Assembly: GCA_029953675.1 (NCBI GenBank) | Contig: JAMWBK010000006.1 | Span: forward strand, 372,001-436,000 | Length of the DNA: 64,000 nt | From: Rhodosorus marinus CCMP1338 | Lineage: Eukaryota > Plantae > Rhodophyta | Direction of reading: 5' to 3' | Shown here: positions 13,188 to 26,445 of the stretch, in pieces | Layout: the number at the start of each line of letters is the position of its first letter | How positions within the stretch are numbered: the first letter of the stretch is position 1 | Program-made: the position numbers and the translations under genes | Notes under the pieces: generated by a model | Seen by the model: the letters and a program-made list of their open reading frames with translations, nothing else | Told to the model about the DNA's origin: nothing | The model's database searches: none

Positions 13188-13769
13188 CTAGTATGTCGGC
13201 GGTAACTGCTTCCCAGTCACCCAGGACCCAGAGCAAGAGCAAGAGCAGGGCGTACGTCCCTTATTCCATATACGGCCTGTACTCAGTGCCAAGTTCCGCG
13301 CGAGAATTGAAAAAAGTGCTATCCCACAAAAGCTTGTTTCCCCTAGCACACTCCAATGCTGAATGGCGACAACAAACGGCCGGAGCAGTTGCCAGTCAAC
13401 CCCTAAGAATCTTGCACTACTCAGCGTCTCGACGAATGGCCGGAGCAAGTGTTTGCGGTTCCTCGATGTTCGGCATATGTTCCGCAGAAACACACGCAGT
13501 CTGCCTGGCCCGCGCTCCTTCGACATGTCCCATCCAACCTTCAACTGTAGTCTTTCGAAACCCACGCTCTCCCGGCATACCGCAGATTGCATGCTAGATT
13601 GATCGACTGTTTCGCTCAAGAGTTTGCGAGCTTTCGTCAGCCCCTCGTGAATCCATTCTCCACTGTATTGAGCTGAGAGAAGAGGTTGTCGAAAGTAAGC
13701 ACTTGTGTTTCCACTGAAAGTAGCATAACATGCAAGTAGCAGTATGGAGCAACTGCTTGTGGATGACAA
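13188..13769 (-). CDS. Hypothetical ORF containing a 20-aa imperfect repeat
   Basis: 193-codon open frame. LLRPFV occurs twice, 60 nt apart, with synonymous third-position differences. No family recognised. Confidence 0.25.
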   Translation of the reverse strand: MSSTSSCSILLLACYATFSGNTSAYFRQPLLSAQYSGEWIHEGLTKARKLLSETVDQSSMQSAVCRESVGFERLQLKVGWDMSKERGPGRLRVFLRNICRTSRNRKHLLRPFVETLSSARFLGVDWQLLRPFVVAIQHWSVLGETSFCGIALFSILARNLALSTGRIWNKGRTPCSCSCSGSWVTGKQLPPTY

Positions 13770-14568
13770 GAAGATCCACGCAGTTGCAAACCCAAGCGTT
13801 AGAATAGGACATCAATTAAGGAGCACAAACTGTGCAAAAGCGGAATTCGAATAGTGCGGGAAAGAACGCGCTCGAAAAAGAAGCGTAGCCTATTGACGGA
13901 AGACATGGACAACAACCTATCATCTACAAGAGCATAACTACATCGCTATATGCACTTTAAAAATGTCGTGAAGAAAATCCAAAGCACAAGGTATCTCGAA
14001 CAATTATTGAAAGCTGGGAAACATAGGCGATGAAGAGGCAGATGCAGTAAAACATATCTGAATCTCAACAAATACCGACGTTCGGAAAAAAATGAAATTC
14101 TTGTGAGCATGAGCACACAACTTACTAAAACAGATCTCCAAAAACTCTTGAGAAGCAAAATGGAGTCCAAAAGGTCAGTCGTAATTCGCAAAATGTAGAG
14201 TATGTACCCCAATTCACTTAAGAGCCATGCACAAACAATCCTCAGTTTCGAACAAGTACAGGAAATCAAATGGGAAATGCCCAAGTCAACATCATCCCGA
14301 GGACAACAAGTAACCACAAAGTCCCTCCCAACTAAACCAAAACAGAACAATTTCAAAGCAGCAAGTATTTCCAATTGAGGACAAGAAATCCAAAAAAACT
14401 CCTCGGCAATAGCGCAAAACTTAACACATCCTTCCCAGCGGTCAACGAGCAAACGGAACATCAAACATGCACAAGTTGATGAGCTCAAATAGACGGATTC
14501 TGCTGGCGTGGCCTCTCAATACCTAGTGTGCGTTGGTGATGTTTCGTCCCGGGCAGCGAAATTCTAGC

Positions 14569-16980
14569 CTACGGGTGTGGTGGTCCCTGTTGGTTATTCC
14601 CTGGGAAAGTTGAAGGCATGTGCTGTCTCTGGGTCCCTCCCCGTCCGTCTTGCGGAGCATTAGCTACTGATGCTTGCGGATAACCTCCGAATGCATACAT
14701 TTGCGCCTGATAGTACATTTGAGCCTGCGCTTGCGCTGCCTGAGCTTGTGCCTGCGGGGATGGCAAATATCACCAAACGTATTTCCTTCTTCAGAACCTC
14801 TAAGCTGGAACCGTAAAACCGTAATGGCAATCTGATACCTGCTGATCACCAGCTGCCGCGGCAGCGGCATAACCGGCAGGATCATATGGATACCCAGCCA
14901 CCGCCATACTCTGATCGTATCCAGGGTAACCGGCTTGTTGTGCGTGATATCCGTAGGCAGGCTGTGCCTGGTAGCGCCCATAGCTCTGTTGGGACTGGTA
15001 ATACCCCGAAATCTTCTCGTTGATCAGTGCTTTCGCTTCCTCTACAAACGCCTTTGGTCCGGTCACTGTCACTGGGCGAGTATTGCGCTCCGAGTTGGCT
15101 TCACCTTCCTTCGCAACAACTATCCTCGCCTTAGATCTTTGTTGAAGCTCACGAATGGTTTGACCCCCTACAGTCAAGTGCCAAAATCAAAGAGCGCCAG
15201 AGGCACATACTCAGAGTGCCGCCACCAGAAAACAAAAACAGTTTTGTGAAGGAGCACAAATACCTTTCCCAATAACCAGGCCAACCTTGTCATTAGGAAC
15301 GTGCAATGTCTCGGTGATACTCGAGGTCGGGTAGTTTGAACCTCTCTGGCTACTAGATCCAGGTGATACTTGCTGGTACGTCTTCCCGGACCGCGCAAGG
15401 GCTTCATTTACAATGTCATTGAGAAGGTTGTGGGCCAATCTCACTGCTTCCTCTGTTCCCGTGATTGTAATCGTCCTTTCCGTAGAGCCCTTCGGAGCGT
15501 CCTTGTCGGGGGTGACCTTCACGTGAGCATTGGACCGGTGCTGCAAATCCTTGATGGTTTCTCCCTGCTTCCCTATAACGATGCCAACTACGGTGTTAGG
15601 GACCGACACGATCTTCGTTGTCTGGCCACCTGAAGCCACTCCGCTCATCTGAGGAGCACCGTACATTGGATATCCAGAATACCCAGCTGCTCCACCCCCA
15701 TACATGTTGTAGTTGTAGGCCTGCACAAAAGACCGTGGCGACTTGGTCAACTCTCAAGATTCCGAGAGCAAAATCACATAGTGTATTGACTAGGATCATA
15801 CCTGGGGCTGCATGTGCATGGGCTGCTGCTGCGCTGACGAATGTTGAGACCCTTGAGGCTTCGGTTTGTGCATGATTTCCTGAACCAGGCTTTGTGCCAT
15901 CTCTGATTCCGCAGGTCCGCCAACAATTGTCACAAGCTTCTCTCCGTTGGCATTGACCTTATCGTTATGTACCACAATCGTTGCTTTGCTGCGTTCCTGT
16001 AGCTGCTTGATAACTTGCCCCCCTGAGCCGATAATCATCCCAACGCGATCAAGGGGTACCCAAATATCAATATTCACTGTTCCTGGGAGCGGCTCCGAAG
16101 TCGTTTCGGTCTTGTTGTGCAGGACCCCAGCCACCTTCTCCTGAATCAACGTCGTCGCAGCCTCTATCTGCTCCTGACTACCGCTCACAAAAAAAGATCG
16201 TGTCTCACTCGCTGTTGCAGTTTCTGCCCTATCTACTTCTATAAAAGCCCCGGACCGGTGCATAAGCTCCTTTATGGTTTCCCCACCCTTGCCAATAACA
16301 AATCCAACTGCCTCTTTTGGTACTGGTACGCTTGTTTTTGGCGAATCTGTATGCACACTAGTCCCTTGCAGCCTACAGTGATCTCAACAACAGGCAGCTT
16401 TTAGTGCCAGAAAGAAATGAACTGGCATTATTGCTCATCTCATAGGTCAAAAATCATTACATTCTTACCCTGGATCCGGTGCTGCCATGCTTGGCGCGAC
16501 CGTTGGCGTTTCAGCGGCGTGTCTCTTCTTATCGTTCTCGGGAACTTCAGGGGTTACCTCAAGGCCCCTTTTCCTTGGAATCGCTTCCTCCTGTCCTGGC
16601 CCAATGTCTACTCTTCTTGCTGGCGCCTCAGCCCCTTGTCCGGCGGACACCTCACCGTTTCCAACCGTCCCTTGACCTCCCCCGTGGGAAGCTAGCACCC
16701 CAGTTCCCCCTATTTCTTCTGAACCGAATTGTACACCCTCAGATACACCTTCCGAACCAATCACACCTTGAGAACCCTCTATTACCGGATGGGCGTTCCC
16801 ATGAGGAGAGATCACTTCTCCTTCCTGTTCACAAGCGGGAAACACATGAAAAAGATTCAGAACAAGAAGAAAAGCACGAGGGTGACAATTACTCCAATCA
16901 GTGCAATCCTTGCTTCCGGTAACAACGCAAGATCTCAGACAACGCTTTTTCCCTACCTTCCCAATGAGATTCTCCGCCAT
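14569..16980 (-). CDS. FUBP/KHSRP-like RNA-binding protein with four KH domains
   Basis: Four GxxG KH motifs: VPKEAVGFVIGKGGETIKEL, VPLDRVGMIIGSGGQVIKQL, VPNTVVGIVIGKQGETIKDL and VPNDKVGLVIGK|GGQTIREL. Gln/Ala/Tyr-rich tail. Start MAENLIGK at 16980 is followed by a GT donor. Confidence 0.88.
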
Positions 16981-18296
16981 TAAAATCGCGCCCAAAAGCT
17001 AACACCTCAAGAACACCAACGTCCTCGAGAGAAGCTTCAACTCGCGCCCAACTCTTAAAAATCAAGCGAGAGCCAAAGACCTCCCTCTCCTTCCCTACTA
17101 GACTTCCCAAAACCGCCGTGACACAAAAAAAAAAAAAAAAAGTCCCCTACACACTACAAACAACCCGTTCCCCCCCTTCCACCCGGCCCCCCCGCCACGC
17201 TTACCAAACAAACTGAAAAATCAAACTACCAACCCTTGCAAAAACGTAAAACACAACCGGAAATCCAGGCCTTCTTTCTCTATCATACCACCTTCTGATC
17301 CTTACAATTTCCCCAGAACGTCCCCCACAAAAAAACCTAACCCAAAAAACCCTCCACCCTTCACACAGCCTCCCTCCCTTCCTCCTTTCCTCCTTTCCTC
17401 CTTTCCTCTTCCCACCAAAAAGCTTTTTCCATCTAAAACGAAAAAGAGTTCCATCCACGTACCCTTTCAAATGTCCAAAAAAAATCCAATTCAACATCGG
17501 TCTCGCTCAGGAATAAACCGCTAAACACTGAATAAATAATATTTTTAGCTGGCCAAGAGTATGCTTGACTAGATGGCGAATGATACTTTCTTGAAATAGT
17601 ATCTTTGGGGGAGTAATCTTTCCTGACGTGGAACGCAGAGTTTTAAGGGAGAGAGATGGATGGGATCCTTGGGATGTTTGAGTAGCCTAGGGAATGAACA
17701 GACGTTGCCTAAATGGGAATAATGTGCTCGATTTTAGTTTCTTTGTTAGTTACCCCTCCTCATACTTTGTGAGTGAGTGGGTTTTCGGTGGTTCTCCTCC
17801 CCCGCGCTTCGTAAGCTTCGTTGTACCCTTTTGGTATCTTGAGGTGGTTGCTGGGTTTACTGAGCACTTCTCAATCAAGAAATCAGAGCTTGTGCTCTTC
17901 ACCCCTTCATGCATCTTATTTTGCGTTTCAGAGTTACGATTCGAGTTTCGAACGCGTATCATGAAGCCCGAATTCGGGTGTTATTGTATCGCGTGGCGAT
18001 GTAGAAGGGGAATTCCTTCGTATAGCTCACAGAGCTCGACCAAAAAGTATATAAGAACTGCTCTGTTGATTTCTAACGGGTGCAACACAATACTCGTATG
18101 TCCGGAACCTTTAAATTTTTATTGCTACAATATGTATTAAGTTAGTACGTCGACCGCATTTCACTGGAGTGCATAGTTATGTCCGGATAAGTTGTTGTAC
18201 ATGTCTATTCGGAGGTCGTCTGGTTGGCTCCGCATCGCGTTATGAGACAACGAAAAACAAGTACCCCCTGCAAAACAGGTTTCAACGCCGACGCCT

Positions 18297-19726
18297 TCAG
18301 CCCTTCGTCGTCAGCGTCTCACCCTCACCATCCAGGGGTACTTCCAGCGCATATCCATTGACGGTGTTCCCGTTTTCGGAGCCCACATGATCGTACTCTT
18401 CACCCGCGTGCACATCTGCACCCAAGCTAGCTTTGTATCTCAATATAATGTAATCAAGTATTCCGATTTGGCAGACCACAAAACCGATGATATTGAGTAG
18501 ATCGAAGTTGTCGTGAAAGATTATGATTCCTCCAACAATTGTTACCTGTTTCACAAGAAGACAATACTTTAAGCTTTTCCGGAACGCTGGAAACCTCCTT
18601 GCGAGGTAGCAACCTAACGCTTACCAGTTCTTTAAAGATTCCGGCAACCGACACGGTTAGTGATGATGTTGCTCGAACGAGTGTGTATTCCGTGAGAAGT
18701 AGAAACGCTACGAATACGCCAATAGCCAACAGAACAGCAAAAATCCGCCACTTCTCTGCACTGCTGAGCTCAGCGAGCAGACCCACGATGCCTTTGATCT
18801 CAAATCCGAGGGCAAAGGGAAGCACGAAAAGCCCAGTAATCGGAGATCTATCTCGCCAAAGACGACATAGCCTGTTAACTTGGATGTCTCCTTTGAATCC
18901 AGGCTGCTAGGGGGAGCAAAACTTACGTATAGAGCATGGCGTTCAGTGGGGTCATCCGACCTTCTTCTGCGCCTTGCAGCAAAGTGTGCGTCAAGGCCCA
19001 TCTGAAGCCCGACATTGCCACGCTAACGATCATTAGTACTAACCCTAGTACCTTGAATTCGCCCTCTCCAGCAGTCGCAAGTCCAATTCCCTGTGCGCAC
19101 AGGCCAAAAGACAAACACTCTAGTTTCAACGAGCTGTGAATCTCGAGGCTGCGATCTACGCTAGGCTTGAAAATCCTTCCTACTCGGCTCCGACCGAAAG
19201 ATTACTTACAATTGCAATCATTAGAAGAGAGGCCATGAGTCTCCAGGAGAATACCTCGGCGCCAAGAATTACAGCCCAGAACATTACAAATATCGGCGCC
19301 GAGCCCTTGAGCACGGTAGAAAAAGAAACTTCCAATAACTTCAACGCTACGTTGGAGCATCCGATTTCCACCGCTACACAGGCTCCTATCGGTAGAACGA
19401 ACTTATAAAACGACTCCTTGCTCAATGGCCGCTGTCGACGGCCGGGGAATCTCGTGATCACAATCGCCAACAGAGAGGTAACCAGGTTCGAGTTAAACGT
19501 TACGACTGTCTTAAACAGGATTCGGGGAAGAGAACAAGCCCAAGCAGAACCAATTTCAGCAAGATAGACTCTGAGAGACGTAAGCAGTTTTCATGGTGAG
19601 AAAGAGAAAACACTTACACAGCGGGAACGGAAATTTATCCGTAAGCTCCCATTTTGTGGCAAAAATAATCGAAGAACTCAAAAAATACCACAGAACAATA
19701 AAAAGGGCAATATGTACAATCTTCAT
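18297..19726 (-). CDS. Nucleotide-sugar/triose-phosphate (DMT) transporter, SLC35C2-like
   Basis: LWYFLSSSIIFATKW..FPFPL, GCSNVALKLLEVSFSTVLKGSAPIFV, MSGFRWALTHTLL, LTEYTLVRATSSLTVSVAGIFKEL; multi-TM and several introns. The start is uncertain and an upstream exon is possible. Confidence 0.85.
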
Positions 19727-21010
19727 AGCTCCAAACTCATCAAAGCTGCTCCTCGCTCACACGCCACAAGAAAAAAACCTCCCAACCAAAGCAAGTGAGC
19801 GCTTCCCCCTCCACCCACAGAATTCTCTACCCTTAAACAGCGTACTGCAAGTCTTCAGCACCTTAACAAAACCGAAAGCAACTTCATCAAACGTTCACCA
19901 CTCATATGCCGCGTTTGTCTAAAACTACGACAAGGTATCCTAAACAGTCAACCGGTTTCATGCGAACGTCCTCACCACCTGGAAGACTGCTAAATCCCCT
20001 TCAGCAAGCACGTGTCCATTTGGTGCGGACACCGCCAAGGTGATTGCCCAAGGCGAGGAAACGCGACTCATTTTGTCAGTTAAGTGTTTATTGACTGAGC
20101 TTTGATAGGGAGACAATGCTGTAGAACTCAAGGACAAAAGGACGGATGGTAGTCAAGCTTGTAGTCCGGACAAAGAGCCCGCATAAAACGAACCCTTCGT
20201 GTGCATTATGAGAAGTGTCCATTTTTAGGAAGGGGAACGGAGAGCAGCTGGTCGCGGTTTCCGCAGATGGCTTATTTAGTCTCCTCTTCGCCTTCCTTAC
20301 GGAAACACTTACGAAGTAATCGAACACGTCGTTTACGAAGTCAAGTCTGGCCGGAACAAAAAAAACAGCGCGCTAAACAGAGGAGCCTGGGGGTGGTAGA
20401 GGTGGTGGTGATTATTTTCAATAACAGTATAGCAAATGCACCCGCTTGAGCTCTTTTGTACAGTCTGTTTCTCGTGTTGATTAGATAGTCAAGAAACCAA
20501 CTTCTCACTTCTGTTGGAAAAGTAGGTGACAGACACCAGCTCTATTTCTTCTCGCAGGCACAAGACAAATCAAGTCCACAGAAAGCCATCAGGACCCAAT
20601 ACCGTATATATCTAGCGTTAAATACATTACAACCGATCTTATTTTTTTTTCTACAGCGAGTTAACATTCCAACTCCACGTACTGAATAATGTTTAGAATA
20701 GATGGTAAATACGCAACTTGAAAATACATGAGCTGCTGGGACGCACGAGCGCAAAGCGAAATTGCCCGGAGCACAATACATAGGTAGTTCTGCGACACCC
20801 TCCCGCTAAGGAGAACCTTTCCGCAAACATTTCAATCAGGAAAGGTTGTAGGTAGGCGAGAGCGGGGCCGGTTTTCAACGATCTCGCCGCGGGTAACGTA
20901 TTAGGGTCGATCTCGACGCGTCCTTTGCACTGGCATGATATATCTTTTTTATTTTCACACGCGAGTTTCAGCTACACAAAAAAAATATCGCCTTTTTAAA
21001 CACTGATTCT

Positions 21011-22010
21011 CTAGTCTTGGCGAGTTTTTATGGTCTTCGTAGTAATCCCTTCCTTGCTGATGATATGAACAACGCCTCCCCATCCGGAGAGGCAGTCTCT
21101 ATCGGTAGCCATCATAAGAGTCTGAGATACAACTTCGAAGAGTTGGTCCTCATTCATATTCTCCCTGTGAAATGAAATGGCACGACCCGAGTAAACAGCT
21201 AAGCAGACCAGACGAGCAAATGTTCGAGAGTGTATCCATACCTATAAAAGGTTTCGCAAGCTCCCAGGAGCATTTCTGTCGAGGTACCGAGGGTAACAAA
21301 GTCGGGTTCGCAAGCAAGGGCCCCTAACAAATCCATTCCGCACAAATAAGGCTTGTTGTCCTTGTCCAGCCCAACTACAATGGGCTCTGTGAAGTAAGGC
21401 CCGAATCTCTTTTCGTATAGCGTCGAGGACACCAGATTTGCGAAAGTCTCCGGGCTGATCTCTCGACCCTGAGAATTCATCAACGAGCGCAAGTAGCAAA
21501 TATTAATATAAGGACTCGCGCACATGTTAACCAATTCATAAGTTAGCACGTACCTCTCTCATTTTGTACATGCTCAACTTAAACTTGAACAAATTGTAAA
21601 GAGTCTGCGTATCCGTGTATAAACCGGTCAACCCCAAGAACAGCCGATCATGCATTTTGAACATTCTGGGCACATCCATGGCGATCGTTTGCTGCACAGC
21701 AAAAAAAGGACCGATCAACAAACAGAACCAGGACATTGACGAGTGACTCAATCGCAAAAAAATAAAAGAAATGCTCATGAGATGATGCTGACTTACATAT
21801 TGTTGACCTAATCTAGTATCCGACGCAATCGCAACACATCCATCTCCAGACATCGCCACGACCGTGCCCCCATTATATTCCAAAATAGACTAAACATAAG
21901 ACACCATCACAAGTTGAACAGATGTCCTTAGATCCCATCACAAGCTACACCCACGCAAACCTCAAATCACATCAACTAAATCCTATGAAACTTATCATCC
22001 TTCTTACCAT
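21011..22010 (-). CDS. PSMB3: 20S proteasome subunit beta type-3
   Basis: M|SILEYNGGTVVAMSGDGCVAIASDTRLG, LYEKRFGPYFTEPIVVGL, TDRDCLSGWGGVVHII..TRQD*. Exon 1 appears to be the ATG alone. Confidence 0.95.
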
Positions 22011-23346
22011 CTTCCCAAAGACAAACAACAAATTCCAAAAAAAGGAAATGAACACCAGCAAGTCTAACTACCCAACAAACTCCTCAGATTGGGGGCATCA
22101 AAGTAAACAAACGGCCCTGTTCAATATCTCCGCCTCTCAGTACAATCTGATGAATGCTTCACCACACTTCTTCACTCGCTTTTCGACCCCATCCAACCTT
22201 CCTTAAATCCCCCAGACCATCTCTGAAAAACAATCAGATCCGTCTTCTTCCCCAAGGCACAAGTCCATCGCACAATGCTCCATCAACAGCACCTATAACA
22301 AACCGATCATAAAATATTCCAAAAACTAACCCCAAAAGTTCATATCCTACCCCCTTTATCCAGCCCTCCTCTAGTGCATCTCATCCTAACTTTTCAAAAT
22401 AAAATAGCAACCAAAAATATCCCTTCGAGTTCAAGGGGGGAGGGGGTTAAACGAAATTTAGAAAGTGAAAAGACAGCCTGTTCCGAACTTTACCTTGCAA
22501 ACTTTCCATGACCCCTCGAATGTTTTAGTATGCGTACATTTATTTTAATAATACAAGTATCGGAAAATTGTGCGTGGGAGATAAGGGGTTACCGAGAAAC
22601 GATTTCTAGTTAGGACAAGCTGTCTTGTACCGAGGTGACTCTGACAAGTAGAGTGAGGCGGTGGTGCGGATGTGGTTTGTATCGTGGCGTCCAATTCATT
22701 TTAGGTGGTATAAGAGTTCTTGTTGCTCATTGGGAATCACGATAAGTTCTATCGCGGACCTCCCCACCGAGCCTTGCGTGCTTTGCGACGTCGAAACGCA
22801 TGATCACCACGGACTAGCTTCAAGGCACATAGGGATTACTTCGCGACGTAAATGTAGTGTGTTGACTTCCACACGACCCACACGCTGATCTTGCGGCTAA
22901 CGAATTGTTCACTCTTCTGCGTGTGTAATCGTCTGCAGAGTCGCTACCTCATGATATGCTCACTTTATCTCAGATTCTTGATGGCATAGAACAGCTGCAA
23001 CGAGAACCTAACTAACTGACTACCAACGCTCAAGCTGCTAAACAGATCGAAGCAAGCGTTATTTTGTGCTGACGGCTGAAAACCCTAAGCTGACCTGCTC
23101 GCCGCAACTGGGGTCCGGCTGGCTTTGTTTTCAGTTGTCACTGATGCTGATGTCGGTGGTAAGAGCTTCACTGTGCTGATGGCTCGGGTTCTTTCGACTG
23201 GGTCAGTCTTTGGACTGAATAGGAACAGTCTAAAACCTGTTGAACCACTCTGCTCGGAGAGCAACAGAATTTCGTCCATCCACAAAGGACAGCTGGTGTT
23301 TAGTTTTGACAGGTCTTAACTTAAAAAAAAGGGGGCGCATAGTCAT

Positions 23347-26300
23347 CTAGAGGAATGCCTTAGCAATGGCATTGACGCAAGTGGTCAGGCTTTGCTCTGT
23401 TTGATTGGAGAGGAACTGGTTGATCTGCTCCTCTGGTGGGGACTTGCCGATTTTGTTGACTACGGCGATTGCTCTTAGAGATTGTCCAAATGTATCAACC
23501 CTTTGCCTCAGCCGTATGACGAACCGCTTTCTCGTTTGCAATCTGGAATATGTGAAGTCAGCCTCAATTAGAATAGCGCCATCCTCCGTTCTGATTTGAA
23601 TTTTGTCCTGACAAACAAACACGGCAAGCTTAGCTCCTGTCCGATATCGATGGCTCCCTCGCAAAAGCAAAAAGTAGTCCTGGTTTCAACACTCACTCCT
23701 TTTCTCGTGGCCACGTCTTTCATCCTGAGACTCCGACCTAAGAAGCTCGCGGCTTGTCTGAGAGTTGAAAAGCTCTCCATACTATTTCCATCAGAAAACA
23801 CACCTTCAAGTGCTCTTGCCATTGCTGCCAAGTTCGCTGCCGGACGGAGGAAAAAAGGCGAGGAAAAAACAACAATCTAATTAAGCACTTGCCACACCTC
23901 TGTATGCTAGTTTCGATCATGGCGTACCGTTTGAATCCTCAATTGGCACAACTTTGGCGGAAATGACCGCCCCCTTCTCAACGCTAACTGACACTGTCAA
24001 AGTTGAGCACAACTCGAAGGATATTTGTCCCTCGCTTGACTCCTTCACGACCACGCCAGTCACTCCAGAAAGCACGTCTTTCCTATGCGCAGTCTGTGCC
24101 AATGCCTTTTCTGAGTGCTCGATGGAATCGGCAAAATCCAGCAGTGAGTTCTTCGTCTCGGTCAGGGCAGCCGCCTGTGCTCTTTGTAAATCCACAACGC
24201 GGGCTATCGCAGCTCTGCTAGATTCAACCTCCTTCAGTCTGGCATCCAGAGCAAGCCTGGATGAATGTGCCTCCTTAGCAGCGTCAACCAACTCCGCTGG
24301 ACAGGCTTCTCCCCGTGAAGAAGGCAAATCTCTCAGGTTCCATAAAGTTGCATCTGCATCCGCAGCTGCAGACGTTCTCTCCAGTGTTTGAACGGTGTTG
24401 TGAAGAACGGAGAGCTCTGTCGCTAGCAAGTTTTTCTGCCTTAAAAGCTTCTCCGCTGATTTGGACTGGAACTCCGCCCGCCATTCGTACCACTGCTTTC
24501 TCGCAAGAAGCCGGCAAAAATTCTTCAATCGCTTAAGGGAAAGCTGAGCGTCGCTCACCTCCTCCTTGGGCAGGTTTTCAATGCCATCCATCTTCGCAAA
24601 GACGAATGGTCGTTGGGTCTCAATCGACCTCGAGAGACTAGCAGCCCTGTCCTGGGTAGAGACTGTCGCCTTCTCAAGCTCCAAAGACCCGCTCTCAACT
24701 GCCCTGAGAAGAATCTTGTCGCAGCATCCGCTCTGCAGCTTCTCAAAGTACGTAGACTCTCCATCTGGTGAGGACTGCTCAGGTCTTTCAGCCCCCAACG
24801 ATGATTCACGCGGTCTTCTACTGACCATGTCATCCAGAAAGCGAAGGTTCGCATTGTGAAGAAAATCCTTAATCGAATACTCAACCTCAAGCGTCTCATC
24901 AGTTGCCTGAACTCGACATGTAAAATAACGAGGTACGAGCCAAGCCGTTTCCTTAGCACTGAGGTGAAATTATGAAGACTGTGGATGGGAACAGGTTGGT
25001 GGAAACTCACCTTGTCGTTACTTTGGTTTTCATCAGTAGGCGCTGAAGTCCCCTTTTTCTGTCCAGATCTGAAGATGTCATCCGCAAGCTCTGCGGTAAT
25101 TTCGTGTGTGGTATTGTCTTCGTGCTGCTGATCCTTGTCTTTCCTGGCTTCGCTTTCCATGCTCGCGATCAGCTGTTTAGGTCAAGAGAGGACGAGATAA
25201 AACAATTTAGAGTGGACGAAAAGGGCTCAGAAGCCAGTACATTTCTGAGTTTGCCTAGCCTACGCTAGTACTCCATGGCCCCAAGGTTACGGGTTCAGAA
25301 AGGCGCTTGAGCTTCTCCTCAAGTTTCGACTTGGAAGATTCGGGTAGTTCGATGTCGGCGTCCTCTTCATCGTCACTGTTCAGATTTTCTTTTGTTCCCT
25401 CGTTTTCTTTTTGCTCCGGAGCTGGTTTAGCATCCTCTTCAATAAGCGCAGAGAACGACGGAATCTCGCGAGTAACATTCTCGTCATCATCTCCAGCAGG
25501 ACCAGTACTGTTTCGCTTTTTCTCCTCGCTCAGTAGTTCACCGAGGCTTGGTATGTTTGCAGTGATGTTGTGAGTTGTCGTAACATTCGTAGCTGCCGTG
25601 AAATTCGTGAGATCATCTTCCGTTGCTTCGTCTCCAAATACTTTGCCATACATTCTGTCGAAGCTGTCTGATTCATCACTGATTTGCCCGGTCCCTTGGG
25701 TTGTGTCCTTTTGCTCGGCCTGTTCTCCAGCAACAAGATCAGCAAGCGATGGTATGTTCCGAGTGATATCTCCCTCACTTAGATCAGAGTTCTGGCGAGA
25801 GAGACCTCCTAGCACAACTGTAACGGTGTCTTCGCCTTCAAAAACTTCAGAGAGCCTCGATCGTGTTACTCCGTGAGTAACATCATCATCCATAAATACT
25901 GGTATCTTCGTCTTCTTCAGCTTTTCAGCGGAGCCTCGAGTAGAGGGGGTGGTCTCTCTCCTCTCCTTCTCGTCCTCCGCTATCAACTTCTCCAGATCTG
26001 GCATCGTTACTGTGTCATCCGCCACGTCGTCAAATCCCTTGGCTTCTGGCTCCATGTCCTCAACTTCGGGCGCCGATGAAGATTCTTTCTGAGGCGACTT
26101 TGCAGTCGGCTTCAGCTGGTCTAAATCCGGTTGAGGCTTAGCCCCCCAGCCTTCGTCCATGCGGTTGTATAGTTTGATCTGCTCCCCTCCAAATGAAACA
26201 CGCTTGCTCATACTGGAGCCCCTTCTTCGCTTCTTATTTATTGGAGAGCTGTTTCGCACTCCTGGAGAGTTCTCGATCGGGGCCAACGCGCCCCTCTTTC

Positions 26301-26445
26301 CACTTCCTTGTTGCCTCGGAGGAGTCATAGCATTCAGCACATTCAAAGCATCCGGAGAATTGGTCACCAGGGATTTCTGAACTTGTCCATGAAGGACTGG
26401 CTGACCCCTGTTTTCCTTCTCACTCATGTGCACAAATTTTTCCAT
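23347..26445 (-). CDS. KNL1: Kinetochore scaffold KNL1/Spc105/Spc7 homolog, multi-exon
   Basis: N-terminal KRVSF PP1-docking motif, acidic Thr-centred repeats, YSIKDFLHNANLRFLDDM, Spc7 signature LKNFCRLLARKQWYEWR, a coiled coil, then RWD-like C-terminal exons. The start could be 26445 or 26427. Confidence 0.82.

Noticed and set aside
17125-17141. A17 run as a retroposon tail
   Set aside because: No target-site duplication or element body was seen. It lies in the 5' flank of the KH gene.
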